From assembly GCA_051439605.1 (NCBI GenBank), contig JBFRWN010000043.1, forward strand, positions 1-63,890: 63,890 nucleotides of DNA, read 5' to 3'. The position numbers and the translations under genes were made by a program. Shown piece by piece: positions 31,181-41,149 of the stretch. The first letter of the stretch is position 1, and each line of letters begins with the position of its first letter. The notes beneath the pieces were generated by a model. It saw nothing but the letters and a program-made list of their open reading frames with translations. It was not told the DNA's origin and ran no database searches. The stretch comes from Synechococcus sp. GTDB taxonomy: Bacteria > Cyanobacteriota > Cyanobacteriia > Thermostichales > PCC-7336.

Positions 31181-32233
31181 TTAAATTTGCGCGTAGTCGA
31201 TATTTTGTTGCTCTAGCCAAGCGATCAGATCCGTCTGAGCGGCATCGATCGTAATGGTGGAGCTCAGGGTTGTTGAGTAAGCCGAGATCGACTCAAGCTC
31301 TAGGGCAAACTCCCCCGCCTTGAAGTGGGGATTGAGGGCTCCGTCATACTCAAACTTGCTCAGCATTACCTGCAGCGCAGAGATGCTTCCGGCGTTGACG
31401 GGGCCAGCATTGGGGAGGGTCTTGGCCCGCAGGACTGGAATGAGGTCTGCAAACGGGATGCGCACGTCAATCCATTCCCCTGCAGATGTATTGAAGGAAA
31501 CTGCGTAGGCTACACCATCCCAGCGCTTTTCATCCCGCACTAAAAATTTGTAGCGCTGTCCGTCCCCCTTCACCCGCAGTTGAATGCCGTCGTACTCCGA
31601 CAGGTTGAGTGGCGGTTCGAGATTACGCGTGCGTACGGAGGCAAATCCACCAGAGTTGTCGGTGGAGACGACGCCGGAGAAAATGGCGCTACCCTCTCCC
31701 ACGTTCATGCCGCTGCTGCTGACCCCTCCCATCACCACATCATCGACGGCCCCCCAAATTTCCTGCAGGTTGTCCATGGACTGCCGGAAGTCGAACAGCA
31801 TTTTGTGAGGTGCCTCACTCAACCAGTCTGCCTGGGCGATCGCCGTTTTGGCATATTCTGCGGCTTCAGGGCGATCGCTGCTCACAACCACTGCAGAAAT
31901 CCCCTGTGACACTTGCCCTAACAGCAACTGCCGAGAAACTCCTGCAAAATATTCCATCACTAAGTGCGGGGTCTGACTAACATCTACCAACCGGACGCGA
32001 TCGCCTCGATTGCGCAAACGCTCCATCCATACTTGCGTCAGGTTGCCGTCGTCCCCCACCAGAAGAGTCGCGGTCTGGCCCGTTTGTGGTTGTCCGTAGG
32101 CGATGGTCCCTGTTTGTCCGGTCATCTGCACAAACCAATTACAGTTACTTAAAAATGGAATGGCCCCAAAGAAGACTAATGTCTGGACCAGACGCTTGAG
32201 ATCCCAGCCCGCTCGTTTGCTGATTTCGCCCAC
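31181..32233 (-). CDS. CIA30 (complex I intermediate-associated protein 30) family protein
   Basis: WGAVDDVVMGGVS, GGFASVRT, GDGQRYKF, LSKFEYDG.LNP. Confidence 0.9.
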   Translation of the reverse strand: MGEISKRAGWDLKRLVQTLVFFGAIPFLSNCNWFVQMTGQTGTIAYGQPQTGQTATLLVGDDGNLTQVWMERLRNRGDRVRLVDVSQTPHLVMEYFAGVSRQLLLGQVSQGISAVVVSSDRPEAAEYAKTAIAQADWLSEAPHKMLFDFRQSMDNLQEIWGAVDDVVMGGVSSSGMNVGEGSAIFSGVVSTDNSGGFASVRTRNLEPPLNLSEYDGIQLRVKGDGQRYKFLVRDEKRWDGVAYAVSFNTSAGEWIDVRIPFADLIPVLRAKTLPNAGPVNAGSISALQVMLSKFEYDGALNPHFKAGEFALELESISAYSTTLSSTITIDAAQTDLIAWLEQQNIDYAQI

Positions 32234-32345
32234 TGCCTAACCTCTTGCTGTCACCAACACTGCGTTCATTTTCACGTTTTATATAGATTTGCTGCAAAAT
32301 CGATTAAAGTTAAGGCGGTAAACCAGAGTGCTAGAGACAACTGCC

Positions 32346-33044
32346 ATGGCCAAGCCCACTGTCATTTCTCCTTCAATTTTGTCTGCCGATTTCAGCCGTT
32401 TGGGTGAGGAAATCCAAGCGGTCGATCGAGCCGGTGCCGATTGGATTCACGTCGATGTTATGGATGGCAGGTTTGTCCCTAACATCACCATTGGCCCTCT
32501 GATTGTCGATGCGATTCGCCCCCTTACCAAGAAGCCTCTCGATGTACACCTGATGATTGTCGAGCCGGAAAAATATGTTGAAGGGTTTGCCAAGGCCGGC
32601 GCTGACATTATTTCTGTGCATGCCGAGCACAATGCCAGCCCTCACTTGCATCGTACTCTAGGACAAATTCGCGAGTTGGGTAAGCAGGCGGGTGTTGTAC
32701 TCAACCCAGGCACCCCTTTGGAGTTGATTGAGTACGTCCTGCCTTTGTGCGATCTCATCTTAATCATGAGCGTTAACCCTGGTTTTGGTGGCCAGAGCTT
32801 TATTCCCGATGTTGTGCCCAAGATTCAAAAGCTGCGTACCATCTGTGACGATCGTGGCCTCGATCCCTGGATCGAAGTGGATGGTGGATTAAAGGCCCAC
32901 AACACTTGGCAAGTTCTGGAAGCTGGTGCCAATGCTATCGTGGCTGGATCCGCAGTCTTCAAGGCTGACGACTATGCAGCTGCCATTGAAGGTATTCGCA
33001 ATAGCAAGCGACCTGCTTCAGAGAAAGAGCTGGTGACTGCTTAG
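32346..33044 (+). CDS. rpe: Ribulose-phosphate 3-epimerase
   Basis: [36 protein letters not shown]. Confidence 0.98.
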   Translation: MAKPTVISPSILSADFSRLGEEIQAVDRAGADWIHVDVMDGRFVPNITIGPLIVDAIRPLTKKPLDVHLMIVEPEKYVEGFAKAGADIISVHAEHNASPHLHRTLGQIRELGKQAGVVLNPGTPLELIEYVLPLCDLILIMSVNPGFGGQSFIPDVVPKIQKLRTICDDRGLDPWIEVDGGLKAHNTWQVLEAGANAIVAGSAVFKADDYAAAIEGIRNSKRPASEKELVTA

Positions 33045-33047
33045 TCT

Positions 33048-34181
33048 TTAAGTGGTTTTTAAATAGGGTTGAGTGATGTATCCCTCAACCAAAATGTCAC
33101 TGCCCACCTGTCGATAGCTTGCTTTTTCTAAGGCTAAAGCTGAGTTCATATCTAAGACACCCGGCCCGCCAATCGGACCGGGTGCTTCTTTTCCGCCGAC
33201 AATCTTGGGGGCGACAAATGCCATTACCTTCTGAATGATGCCATCTCTCAGGGCGGCTGCGGCCACTGTGGCCCCACATTCCCATAGCAAGCGAATTAAG
33301 CCCCGTCGATAAAGCTCTTGAGAGGCAGTGAAGGGGGTTAGTTTGGGGAGGGTGACGACTTCCACTCCTCGATTGTCCAGAAACCCAAGTAGATGCGATC
33401 GGTCCTGTTGTTTGCTGCCGCTGGCGGGTTCCGTCAAAACGACTGTTGCCGCTTCCTGCGTATCCCACAGCTTGAGGGTGGTTGGCAAATCAAGCCGGCG
33501 GCTGAGCACAACTCGCAGTGGGTGTTTCCCTTCCACCAGCCTACAAGTGAGCTGTGGATCGTCCTGGCGGACTGTGTTGCCCCCCACCACTACTGCGTCG
33601 CACATTGCCCGCTGAGCATGCACAAGGGTGCGAGATTCTAGGCAGCTAATCCATTGGCTGTGACCGCAAGTCGTCGCGATTTTGCCATCGAGGGTCATCG
33701 CATATTTCAAGACTCCAAAGGGCTGTTGCTTGAGGATGCTGTGGACGAATGCTTCGTTCAATACCCGGCAATCTTCTTCCTCCACCCCCACCTCCACCGC
33801 GATGCCTGCCTCTCGTAGGTGCTGTAGCCCTTGACCGGCAACCAGCGGATTGGGGTCGACCATACCGGCAACCACTCTGGAGATGCCGGTGGCGACGATC
33901 GCTTGCGTGCAGGGGGGGGTAAGACCCGTGTGATTGCAGGGTTCTAAATTGACGTAGAGCGTTGCTTCTTTTGCAAGACCTCCCGCTTCGTGCAACGCGA
34001 AAACTTCGGCGTGGGGCTCGCCTGGTTTGGGGTGGAATCCCTGCCCAACGCATGTCCCATCTTTGACAATGACACAGCCCACCATTGGGTTGGGAGAAGT
34101 ATGACCTGCTGCCTGACGGGCTAGGGCTAGACACCGTTGCATCCAGTATCGATCGATATTCGCCGCTTGCGTTGCATTCAT
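33048..34181 (-). CDS. ribD: Riboflavin biosynthesis deaminase/reductase RibD
   Basis: PNPMVG, HAE, LEPCNH...PPC, KYAMTLDGKIA. Confidence 0.96.
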   Translation of the reverse strand: MNATQAANIDRYWMQRCLALARQAAGHTSPNPMVGCVIVKDGTCVGQGFHPKPGEPHAEVFALHEAGGLAKEATLYVNLEPCNHTGLTPPCTQAIVATGISRVVAGMVDPNPLVAGQGLQHLREAGIAVEVGVEEEDCRVLNEAFVHSILKQQPFGVLKYAMTLDGKIATTCGHSQWISCLESRTLVHAQRAMCDAVVVGGNTVRQDDPQLTCRLVEGKHPLRVVLSRRLDLPTTLKLWDTQEAATVVLTEPASGSKQQDRSHLLGFLDNRGVEVVTLPKLTPFTASQELYRRGLIRLLWECGATVAAAALRDGIIQKVMAFVAPKIVGGKEAPGPIGGPGVLDMNSALALEKASYRQVGSDILVEGYITQPYLKTT

Positions 34182-34460
34182 GGAAAGGCCGAATAGATTC
34201 TCCTCAGATGTTGTACCAAGAAATTTACGCGTTGAGAGCATCAACGATTCTTTTCAGCTGCTTAGCAAGAGAAAGCCCCTCGGGCACTGCGATCGCTCTT
34301 GTGGAAGCGGTGGCAGTAGGGGATGACAGTAGTTTTGTTTCAGTCATCCGCTGATGCTGCATAGAAAGGTGGATGGTTCAAAAAAACTTTGGAGCAATTT
34401 TGCATAGGTCTTCAGGAGTGGGAGATATAGGTCAATGAGGAGTCAAAGAAGCCTTCCCTT

Positions 34461-34493
34461 GGCAGCTAGTTAGCACCCTAGCTGCCTTTTTTT
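34461..34493 (+). terminator. Rho-independent terminator with no annotated upstream + strand gene
   Basis: GGCAGCTAG-ttagcacc-CTAGCTGCC followed by T7. Confidence 0.75.
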
Positions 34494-34814
34494 GTGTCTG
34501 TGCTTTGGTTTCTTCAAGTCGCTGAGACTCTCGCAGCTATCCTGAACCCTGACTGTGCATAGTGCTTGCTGTCCTGATTGAGAGGGCAACAACTGTAGAG
34601 ATTGGTAGAAAACAATTAAGGCCCTGTGGTTTTTCTCATCCAGTTTGACTGCTCCGTGCCCTCATATTTGGACTTAAGGGACTCCCCTAACCGTATGTTT
34701 TGCGCATCAATACAGATGGAAGGGTGATAGTTCGCTCGGGAAAATTTCCTAAGATTCCTATCTAACCCGCCCATTGGAAGATAATCTGCTCGAATGTCCT
34801 AGGGGTCTTTGGTT

Positions 34815-35513
34815 ATGTTTTGGCATTCCACCGTCTGGAAGCGTTCTATTGTGACGCTCTCTTGTGCATCTGCTGCGGCATTAGTAGTGTCACTACCCGC
34901 GATCGCGGGTCCGGAAGATACCGTGATCAAGTCCACCAATCGCTTTGAAGAGATGATAGCTAATCCAAGTACTCGCATTCCTTCCGAGCTGCTGCGTCAA
35001 AGTGCTGCGGTTGCTATTATTCCGGATGTAACACAGGGGGGATTCATTATTGGTGGACGCCATGGCAAAGGGGTCATTGTGGCGCGGAATGCGGATGGAA
35101 CCTGGAGCAACCCCGTCTTTTTGTCGATCGCTGGGGGCAGTATTGGCCTGCAAGTTGGGGGCAAGTCGAGCGATATCGTGATGGTGATTCCGAACCAGTC
35201 CACTTTAAATCGCGTGTTAAATGACGAAGTGGAATTTGGGGGGAATGTCTCTGGAGTGGCTGGCCCCGTTGGGGCCCAGCCGGTCGATCCGGTTGGGGAC
35301 AATTTCTCTCACAACACGATCTATACCTATCAGCGAAGTGAGGGGCTCTTTGGCGGAGTGGCCCTGGAAGGGGGAGAACTCAAGATTAGCGATGGGCGAA
35401 TTGAGGAGTTTTACGGTCAACCACTCACTCCACAGCAGGTTTTTAATCCTGCACAGCCAGCTCCCCCTTTGGTGAATGACCTCAAAGCGGCCTTGAGCAA
35501 TGCCTCGCGCTAG
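34815..35513 (+). CDS. Lipid-binding SYLF/YSC84 domain protein, secreted
   Basis: Signal peptide; GFIIGG..G.G, WS.PVF, GGSIGLQVG, YQRSEGLFGG..LEG. Confidence 0.9.
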   Translation: MFWHSTVWKRSIVTLSCASAAALVVSLPAIAGPEDTVIKSTNRFEEMIANPSTRIPSELLRQSAAVAIIPDVTQGGFIIGGRHGKGVIVARNADGTWSNPVFLSIAGGSIGLQVGGKSSDIVMVIPNQSTLNRVLNDEVEFGGNVSGVAGPVGAQPVDPVGDNFSHNTIYTYQRSEGLFGGVALEGGELKISDGRIEEFYGQPLTPQQVFNPAQPAPPLVNDLKAALSNASR

Positions 35514-35539
35514 AAGTGCATACAAAGGCGGATCGAGCA

Positions 35540-35878
35540 CTACTGTTTTGGGGCTTTCACTTCTGGCTCTTCCGCCGCTGTGTCTTCCCCTGACACCTCT
35601 GCTTGAAATGCAGCCAGCTCTTCGGGAGACATGGATTCGATTTCCCGCTTGAACACTTCAGTTTTGTACAGCTCCCCCTGCTGGTGGATGGACATAGTCC
35701 CCGTCCAGAATCGACGCAGATAGCTGAAGGTCCAGGCAAGAAGTAGGAGGGCGAGTAGAGAGCCAGCCCATATTCCAGCCTGCTCAGTTTGCCAACCCAG
35801 CAACTGGAGGAGACCGTAGGTTGCTCCTCCACCCAGCAAAAGTACTAGACCGATTGTCAGGACATCGAGCTTGCGCAT
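35540..35878 (-). CDS. DUF3007 family protein
   Basis: MRK.DVL.IG, WT.SYL.R...G.M; typical ndhL neighbour. Confidence 0.82.
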   Translation of the reverse strand: MRKLDVLTIGLVLLLGGGATYGLLQLLGWQTEQAGIWAGSLLALLLLAWTFSYLRRFWTGTMSIHQQGELYKTEVFKREIESMSPEELAAFQAEVSGEDTAAEEPEVKAPKQ

Positions 35879-35979
35879 GGAGAATTAGACGGAGAAGTTG
35901 TGAGGGTGATTTAGTTCGCCATGGGGTGAGCGGGGCGATCGATGGAATACTGCAGCGGACCAACATGAACTGCAGAAAC

Positions 35980-36210
35980 CTAAGTCGAGCGACGTTGGGG
36001 TCGAAAGTTGAGGAATGGGGCAACCAAAATGATGCCGGGGAAAAAGAAAAACACGCAGAAAAACATCAGGATTTTTTCCCAGCCCCCCGATGTATTCCAA
36101 CGCTTATCGACATAGTTGGCGACGAAAAACGGAAATACCAAAAGGTAGGCTCCTGCAATGGCGAGATAAGTGCCAATCAGCAGTAAGGTATCGGTTCCGA
36201 AGTCTGGCAT
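35980..36210 (-). CDS. ndhL: NDH-1 subunit L
   Basis: YL.V.P......KRW; FFFFPG..LVAPFLNFRPQRR. Confidence 0.92.
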   Translation of the reverse strand: MPDFGTDTLLLIGTYLAIAGAYLLVFPFFVANYVDKRWNTSGGWEKILMFFCVFFFFPGIILVAPFLNFRPQRRST

Positions 36211-36352
36211 AAGGGATCTTGCAGCAACCTATTTATATTACTCTGTGGTTTGTTCATGGATTGGCCAGTCTGGAATGGGGGATGAAGGTCGTACACTGAG
36301 GATGGCTGTTGGCTGCCGTAGCTACTGCCAGAAATAATTTCGCTTGAATGGC

Positions 36353-36616
36353 ATGACTCTGCCCCCCGATTCTGTTCCTCTCTACAGCCACCCCTTGCCC
36401 GCGATCGAACAGTGGCTCGAATCGCAGGGGTGCAAGCGCGATCGCGAGATGCCGAACCGTTGGTTTTGCGAACGCGAGCGTTGGCGGGCCGAAATTTGGA
36501 TGGAAGAGACAGAGTTTCGGGTGGATTACACGTTTGAGGATGGCTCCAGCAAGAATTTGCGCTTTCCCTATGCCCTCAGCAGAGCAGATATTCAGGCTGC
36601 AGCATTCGAAGTCTAG
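36353..36616 (+). CDS. DUF3143 family protein
   Basis: PLYSHPLPAIEQWL; FPYALSRADIQAA. Confidence 0.88.
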   Translation: MTLPPDSVPLYSHPLPAIEQWLESQGCKRDREMPNRWFCERERWRAEIWMEETEFRVDYTFEDGSSKNLRFPYALSRADIQAAAFEV

Positions 36617-36772
36617 GCCCCTCCCTTTACATTCCTCACTGAGGCTGGAGTATCACTAAGCTTAAACAGAGATATACAGCTTGGAGAAGTTTTGCGGGTG
36701 AGGACTTGTCTGAACTCGGTTTGTGTCCTACAGATGAATCGCAATGAAAGGTTTGTCTGCCAGAGATTTTTT

Positions 36773-36786
36773 GTAGTACTGAATAC
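36773..36786 (+). promoter_or_regulatory. NtcA box upstream of the PII-like gene
   Basis: GTA-gtactgaa-TAC; an imperfect -10 (TAAACC) starts 22 nt downstream. Confidence 0.55.
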
Positions 36787-36847
36787 GTTTTCAGGGGTGT
36801 TCGAGTGATAAACCAAAGGCACTCAGCCCATTGTGGAGTCTCTTTTC

Positions 36848-37195
36848 TTGAAGAAGATTTCGGCGGTCATTCGACCTTTTAAGTTAGAAGCGGTGAAAAC
36901 TGCACTGGTGGATTCCGGAGTGGTGGGTATGACCATCAGCGAAGTACGTGGATTTGGTCGACAGCGTGGATGGTTTGCCTCTGATGGGGAAAACAAGCCA
37001 AGCCAACAGCGTACCGAATTTTTACAAAAACTGCGTGTGGAAATTGTTGTAGCTGATGACCAACTGGATAAGGTCCTGGATACCCTGATGGAGACTGCGC
37101 GCACAGGAGAGATTGGAGACGGGAAAATCTTTATTAGCCCTGTGGAAACGGCCATTCGGATTCGAACAGGTGAAACGGGTCCAGAGGTCTTATAA
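36848..37195 (+). CDS. PII-family nitrogen regulator with a divergent T-loop
   Basis: (M)KKISAVIRPFKL, GMTISEVRGFGRQ, ARTGEIGDGKIF, IRIRTGE. Confidence 0.9.
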   Translation: MKKISAVIRPFKLEAVKTALVDSGVVGMTISEVRGFGRQRGWFASDGENKPSQQRTEFLQKLRVEIVVADDQLDKVLDTLMETARTGEIGDGKIFISPVETAIRIRTGETGPEVL

Positions 37196-38215
37196 GCGTG
37201 CGTGCGCTGGCTCGACCGCGATATCTACCATTGTTTTGGTCATCTGCTTTAGGGCTGCTTCCACTACTGCAACACCAGCACCAGTTTGCTTCACGCCTTC
37301 TGTGATGCAGCGTTTCCAGGCGCGGGTGCCGGGTTGTCCAGCAAAGAGCTGCAGCATATGCCGAGTGATCGAATTGAGTTTTGTGCCTTGTGCTGTCCAA
37401 TGTTCAATGTAGGGAACCATCGCGATCGCCACTTCTTTTCGGCTAGGAACCGCAGTTGGTTCGCCGTATAAATCTCGATCGACTGACGCAAACAGATATG
37501 GATTGTCGTATGCGGCTCGTCCAATCATGACGGCATCTACGGACTGTAAATGGCTTTTTGTTTGTTGCAGACTGGTAATGCCCCCGTTAATTTCCAAAAA
37601 CAGATGGGGAAAATCCTGTTTGAGACGGTAGACATCTGTGTAGCGCAGAGGTGGGATATCTCGATTTTCTTTCGGACTGAGCCCTTGCAGCCAAGCTTTC
37701 CGGGCATGAACTGTAAATCGCTGACAGCCGGCATCGGATACAATGCGCACAAATTCATGCATATCTTCATAGCGATCGCGATCGTCGATTCCTATGCGAT
37801 GCTTTACGGTGACGGGAATATTGACGGCTTGCTGCATGGCTTCGACGCAATTGGCCACCTGATGAGGGGCGGCCATTAGGCAAGCTCCAAAATTTCCGCT
37901 CTGGACTCGATTGCTGGGGCAGCCCACGTTCAAGTTCACTTCGTCGTAGCCCCAGTCAGCCGCAATGCGGGCGCATTCAGCGAGTTCTTGAGGATTATCT
38001 CCCCCCAGCTGTAGGGAAATGGGATGTTCTTGGGGAGAAAAATCCAGCAGTCGATGGCGATCGCCCATCAACATCGCCTTGGCGACCACCATTTCGGTAT
38101 ATAGCAACGTACGTTGAGTCATTTGCCGCATGAAGTAGCGGTAATGACGATCGGTCCGATCCATCATCGGAGCAATGCTGAGAATATTGCCGTTTGTTTT
38201 TTGAAGATCTGGCAT
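37190..38215 (-). CDS. dusA: tRNA dihydrouridine(20/20a) synthase
   Basis: SIAPMMDRTDRH, NLNVGCPS, VHARKAWLQGLSPKENR, VMIGRAAY. Confidence 0.95.
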   Translation of the reverse strand: MPDLQKTNGNILSIAPMMDRTDRHYRYFMRQMTQRTLLYTEMVVAKAMLMGDRHRLLDFSPQEHPISLQLGGDNPQELAECARIAADWGYDEVNLNVGCPSNRVQSGNFGACLMAAPHQVANCVEAMQQAVNIPVTVKHRIGIDDRDRYEDMHEFVRIVSDAGCQRFTVHARKAWLQGLSPKENRDIPPLRYTDVYRLKQDFPHLFLEINGGITSLQQTKSHLQSVDAVMIGRAAYDNPYLFASVDRDLYGEPTAVPSRKEVAIAMVPYIEHWTAQGTKLNSITRHMLQLFAGQPGTRAWKRCITEGVKQTGAGVAVVEAALKQMTKTMVDIAVEPAHARL

Positions 38216-38679
38216 TGGGGTGAGTAGGAGAATCTATCAACTACGTGAATTAAGACAATGTTTGGTGGCCAGCATATCAGGTTGCATGAAATAAGTATGG
38301 AAGATGATGCTGTGTTTGATTGGAGCTGGTGAATTTGTTTGGCAATGTCAGTAGTGCGAATAAGTTTTTCAGTGCATGCTTTTTATGGGGCACGATCGGT
38401 CAAGAAGAGCAGGCATGAGGTGAATGATGGGATGCTTAAGTTCCCTGCTCAGAGAGGCTATGGAAAAGTCCTTACTTTATCCTCAATTGCTTAAGCAACT
38501 GCGTCAATGGAATGTGAAGCGAGAAAACGCTATCTTTAGGTTTTCGCTGGATCATAGAGGTGATTTGGCAAGTTGTGAGGGGTTGTGTTATTCCTATGGC
38601 CAGGTTTCCATAAAAATTAATAGAAAATCAGAGTCATTTTTAATAGAAAAAGAGATTATTAAGATAATAAGTGAATAGT

Positions 38680-39633
38680 ATGTATAAAATATCGCCTCAT
38701 ATATCTGTAGTAATACCTGTCTATAAAGCAGAGGATTGTCTCCACGAACTATATACTCGGCTGACGAGATGTCTTGAAAATATTTCTAGAGACTTTGAAA
38801 TTCTTCTGGTAGAAGACTGTGGGGGAGATCGTTCTTGGGAAATTATTGAAGAGCTGGCAGCTAAGGATTTGCGTGTGAAGGGGGTTCAACTCAGTCGTAA
38901 TTTTGGACAGCATTACGGCATCACAGCAGGCCTGGATCATTGCAACGGGGACTGGATTGTTGTCATGGACTGTGATTTACAAGATCCTCCAGAGGAGATT
39001 ATTAACTTATATACTGCTGCTATGCAAGGCTATGATGTTGTACTGGCTCGTCGAAGTAATAGACAGGATCCCATATTACAAAGATTAACATCTTATATAT
39101 TCTTCAAGATATTTAATTATCTTTCAGATACAAATTATGATAGTCAGATAGGTAATTTTAGAATAATGTCTCGGAAAGTTATTGAGAGTTATTGCCAGAT
39201 GCGAGAGCAGTTACGTTTCTTTGGAGGCTTGATAGACTGGATGGGGTTCCCAAGTTTAGTCGTCGATATTCAGCACAGTAAGAGATTCGCAGGTAAAAGT
39301 ACATATTCATTTCGTAAGCGATGGCAGCTAGCTAGTGAAATTATCATTGCTTATTCTGATAAGCCACTTAGGCTTTCAGTTCAATTCGGTTTTATTATGG
39401 CTATTGTAGCCTTTTCCTATGGACTTTACATTTTTTTTAAAGCAATGTTTTTCAATATTCCAGTTTTGGGTTGGAGTAGTTTGATTGTTTCTATGTACTT
39501 CCTGGGAGGTATTATTATTTTGAATCTTGGTATTATTGGCATCTATCTGAGCAAGGTGTTTGATGAAACAAAGCGCAGACCTCTCTACTTGGTTAGAAAC
39601 TATACAGATAGTCTCAAAAGGAAGGGTTTTTAG
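38680..39633 (+). CDS. GT2 polyprenol-phosphate glycosyltransferase (GtrB/ArnC-like)
   Basis: SVVIPVY, SRNFGQH, MDCDLQDPPE, two C-terminal TM segments, RPLY. Confidence 0.92.
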   Translation: MYKISPHISVVIPVYKAEDCLHELYTRLTRCLENISRDFEILLVEDCGGDRSWEIIEELAAKDLRVKGVQLSRNFGQHYGITAGLDHCNGDWIVVMDCDLQDPPEEIINLYTAAMQGYDVVLARRSNRQDPILQRLTSYIFFKIFNYLSDTNYDSQIGNFRIMSRKVIESYCQMREQLRFFGGLIDWMGFPSLVVDIQHSKRFAGKSTYSFRKRWQLASEIIIAYSDKPLRLSVQFGFIMAIVAFSYGLYIFFKAMFFNIPVLGWSSLIVSMYFLGGIIILNLGIIGIYLSKVFDETKRRPLYLVRNYTDSLKRKGF

Positions 39634-39724
39634 ACCAATCAATTAGAGTCTTAAAGAAAGAATCTCCCAATAAGTTCAACTTTATTCTCAAAGAATTTGA
39701 TTATAGTCCGGGTTTTTGACTTTT

Positions 39725-40504
39725 ATGATAAACATCGATCTATTGGAATCTATTTCGTATGAAACCAGAAATTTAGGAGTTGCCGCTTTTGCTCCCACTT
39801 CTGATTTCTTGGAAAATCCTGATTCTGCTTCCTTCGAATTAAGTATTCAGGAAAAGCTTCGAGAGTTCGGAAATATCTTTATTCAGGCTCGTATACCCAA
39901 AGAGTCCATGAAGACTGCTACTATCTTACAAGATTTAGGATTTTATTTTGTAGAAACTACACTGGTACCACAAACTCGTTTTTCACGAAACCTCTTTTTA
40001 AAAAGGTTTATTGAAGAGCCTAGATTTTTTGTCCCCTCAAGATATACCCTTAATCAAGTTGAAGTTCGTGTTGTGGAAAAGCAAAATCCTAATATGAAAC
40101 AAATCATCGAAGAAATTTCCAAAAACTCATTTATTGACGATCGCTTTCATGTCGATCCCAATTGTCCCTATGAAATTGCTAACCAGCGTTTTGTTAACTG
40201 GGTCAGAGATTTATATTCAGATCGAGAAGTTGTATTTTATACTTTAAGCCACAAGATTAATCCTATTGGATTTATGGCGAGAAAGGGTTTTAAATTAATT
40301 CTAGCTGGCTTTTCAAAACGATATCGAAATAGTGGATTAGGTGATTTTCTTTGGCTTTCGGTTATGCAAGATATGTTGAATCAAGGCCTTGGAAAGGCTA
40401 GCACTTTAATTTCTTCTAATAATACTCCTGTTCTAAATCTTTATGCAAGATTAGGATTTCAATTTAAGCACCCAGAAGCAACATTCCACTATTGGAGTAA
40501 ATAA
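39725..40504 (+). CDS. GNAT acetyltransferase, WecD-like
   Basis: RFHVDP, RNSGLG acetyl-CoA motif, N.PVLNLY..LGF. Confidence 0.75.
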   Translation: MINIDLLESISYETRNLGVAAFAPTSDFLENPDSASFELSIQEKLREFGNIFIQARIPKESMKTATILQDLGFYFVETTLVPQTRFSRNLFLKRFIEEPRFFVPSRYTLNQVEVRVVEKQNPNMKQIIEEISKNSFIDDRFHVDPNCPYEIANQRFVNWVRDLYSDREVVFYTLSHKINPIGFMARKGFKLILAGFSKRYRNSGLGDFLWLSVMQDMLNQGLGKASTLISSNNTPVLNLYARLGFQFKHPEATFHYWSK

Positions 40505-40529
40505 GTCCTTTCGGAGATTGAATTTATAG

Positions 40530-40892
40530 ATGGCCCATCTGTATATTGCGCTGACAATTCTGTTTACTGTCTATGGCCAGGTGGTTATAAAATGGCAAGT
40601 TAGCTTAGCCGGATCGCTCCCTAAAGAAATAATAGAAAAAGTTATCTTCTTATTTAAGCTTTTCTTGAATCCTTGGATAATTAGTAGTTTTGTCTGTGCT
40701 TTTCTCGCAGCCCTTACTTGGATGGCTGCAATGTCAAAATTTCCTCTCAGTTATGCCTATCCATTTATGAGTCTTGCATTTGTATTGGTTTTGTTTTTCA
40801 GTGCGTTTCTTTTTAATGAACCTGTAAACTTCCCCAAAGTAATTGGAATGGGGCTTATTGTTGCTGGAATTATAATTGGAAGTAAGGGTTAA
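40530..40892 (+). CDS. SMR/EamA-like small membrane flippase (ArnE/F-like)
   Basis: 4 TM segments; GQVVIKW, PLSYAYPF, F.E. Confidence 0.8.
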   Translation: MAHLYIALTILFTVYGQVVIKWQVSLAGSLPKEIIEKVIFLFKLFLNPWIISSFVCAFLAALTWMAAMSKFPLSYAYPFMSLAFVLVLFFSAFLFNEPVNFPKVIGMGLIVAGIIIGSKG

Positions 40893-41149
40893 TTATGATA
40901 ATAATCAATACAACATAGATTGCTCTAACGATTTTTATTCTATTGGTTTGTATTTTACAGATATCTTGATTGACTTATTTGATTATCAGTCAAGATCTAA
41001 ACTATCTTTCAAAGCTATGTCATTTCTAAATTAATGAACTAGGATTTAAGGATATAGAGAATGACTTTAGCTGAGATGCTTGATTAACACAGTTATTGGC
41101 AAGTTATACTTTTATTTGGATTCTTCAGTGTGAGTAACTACTAAGTTAG

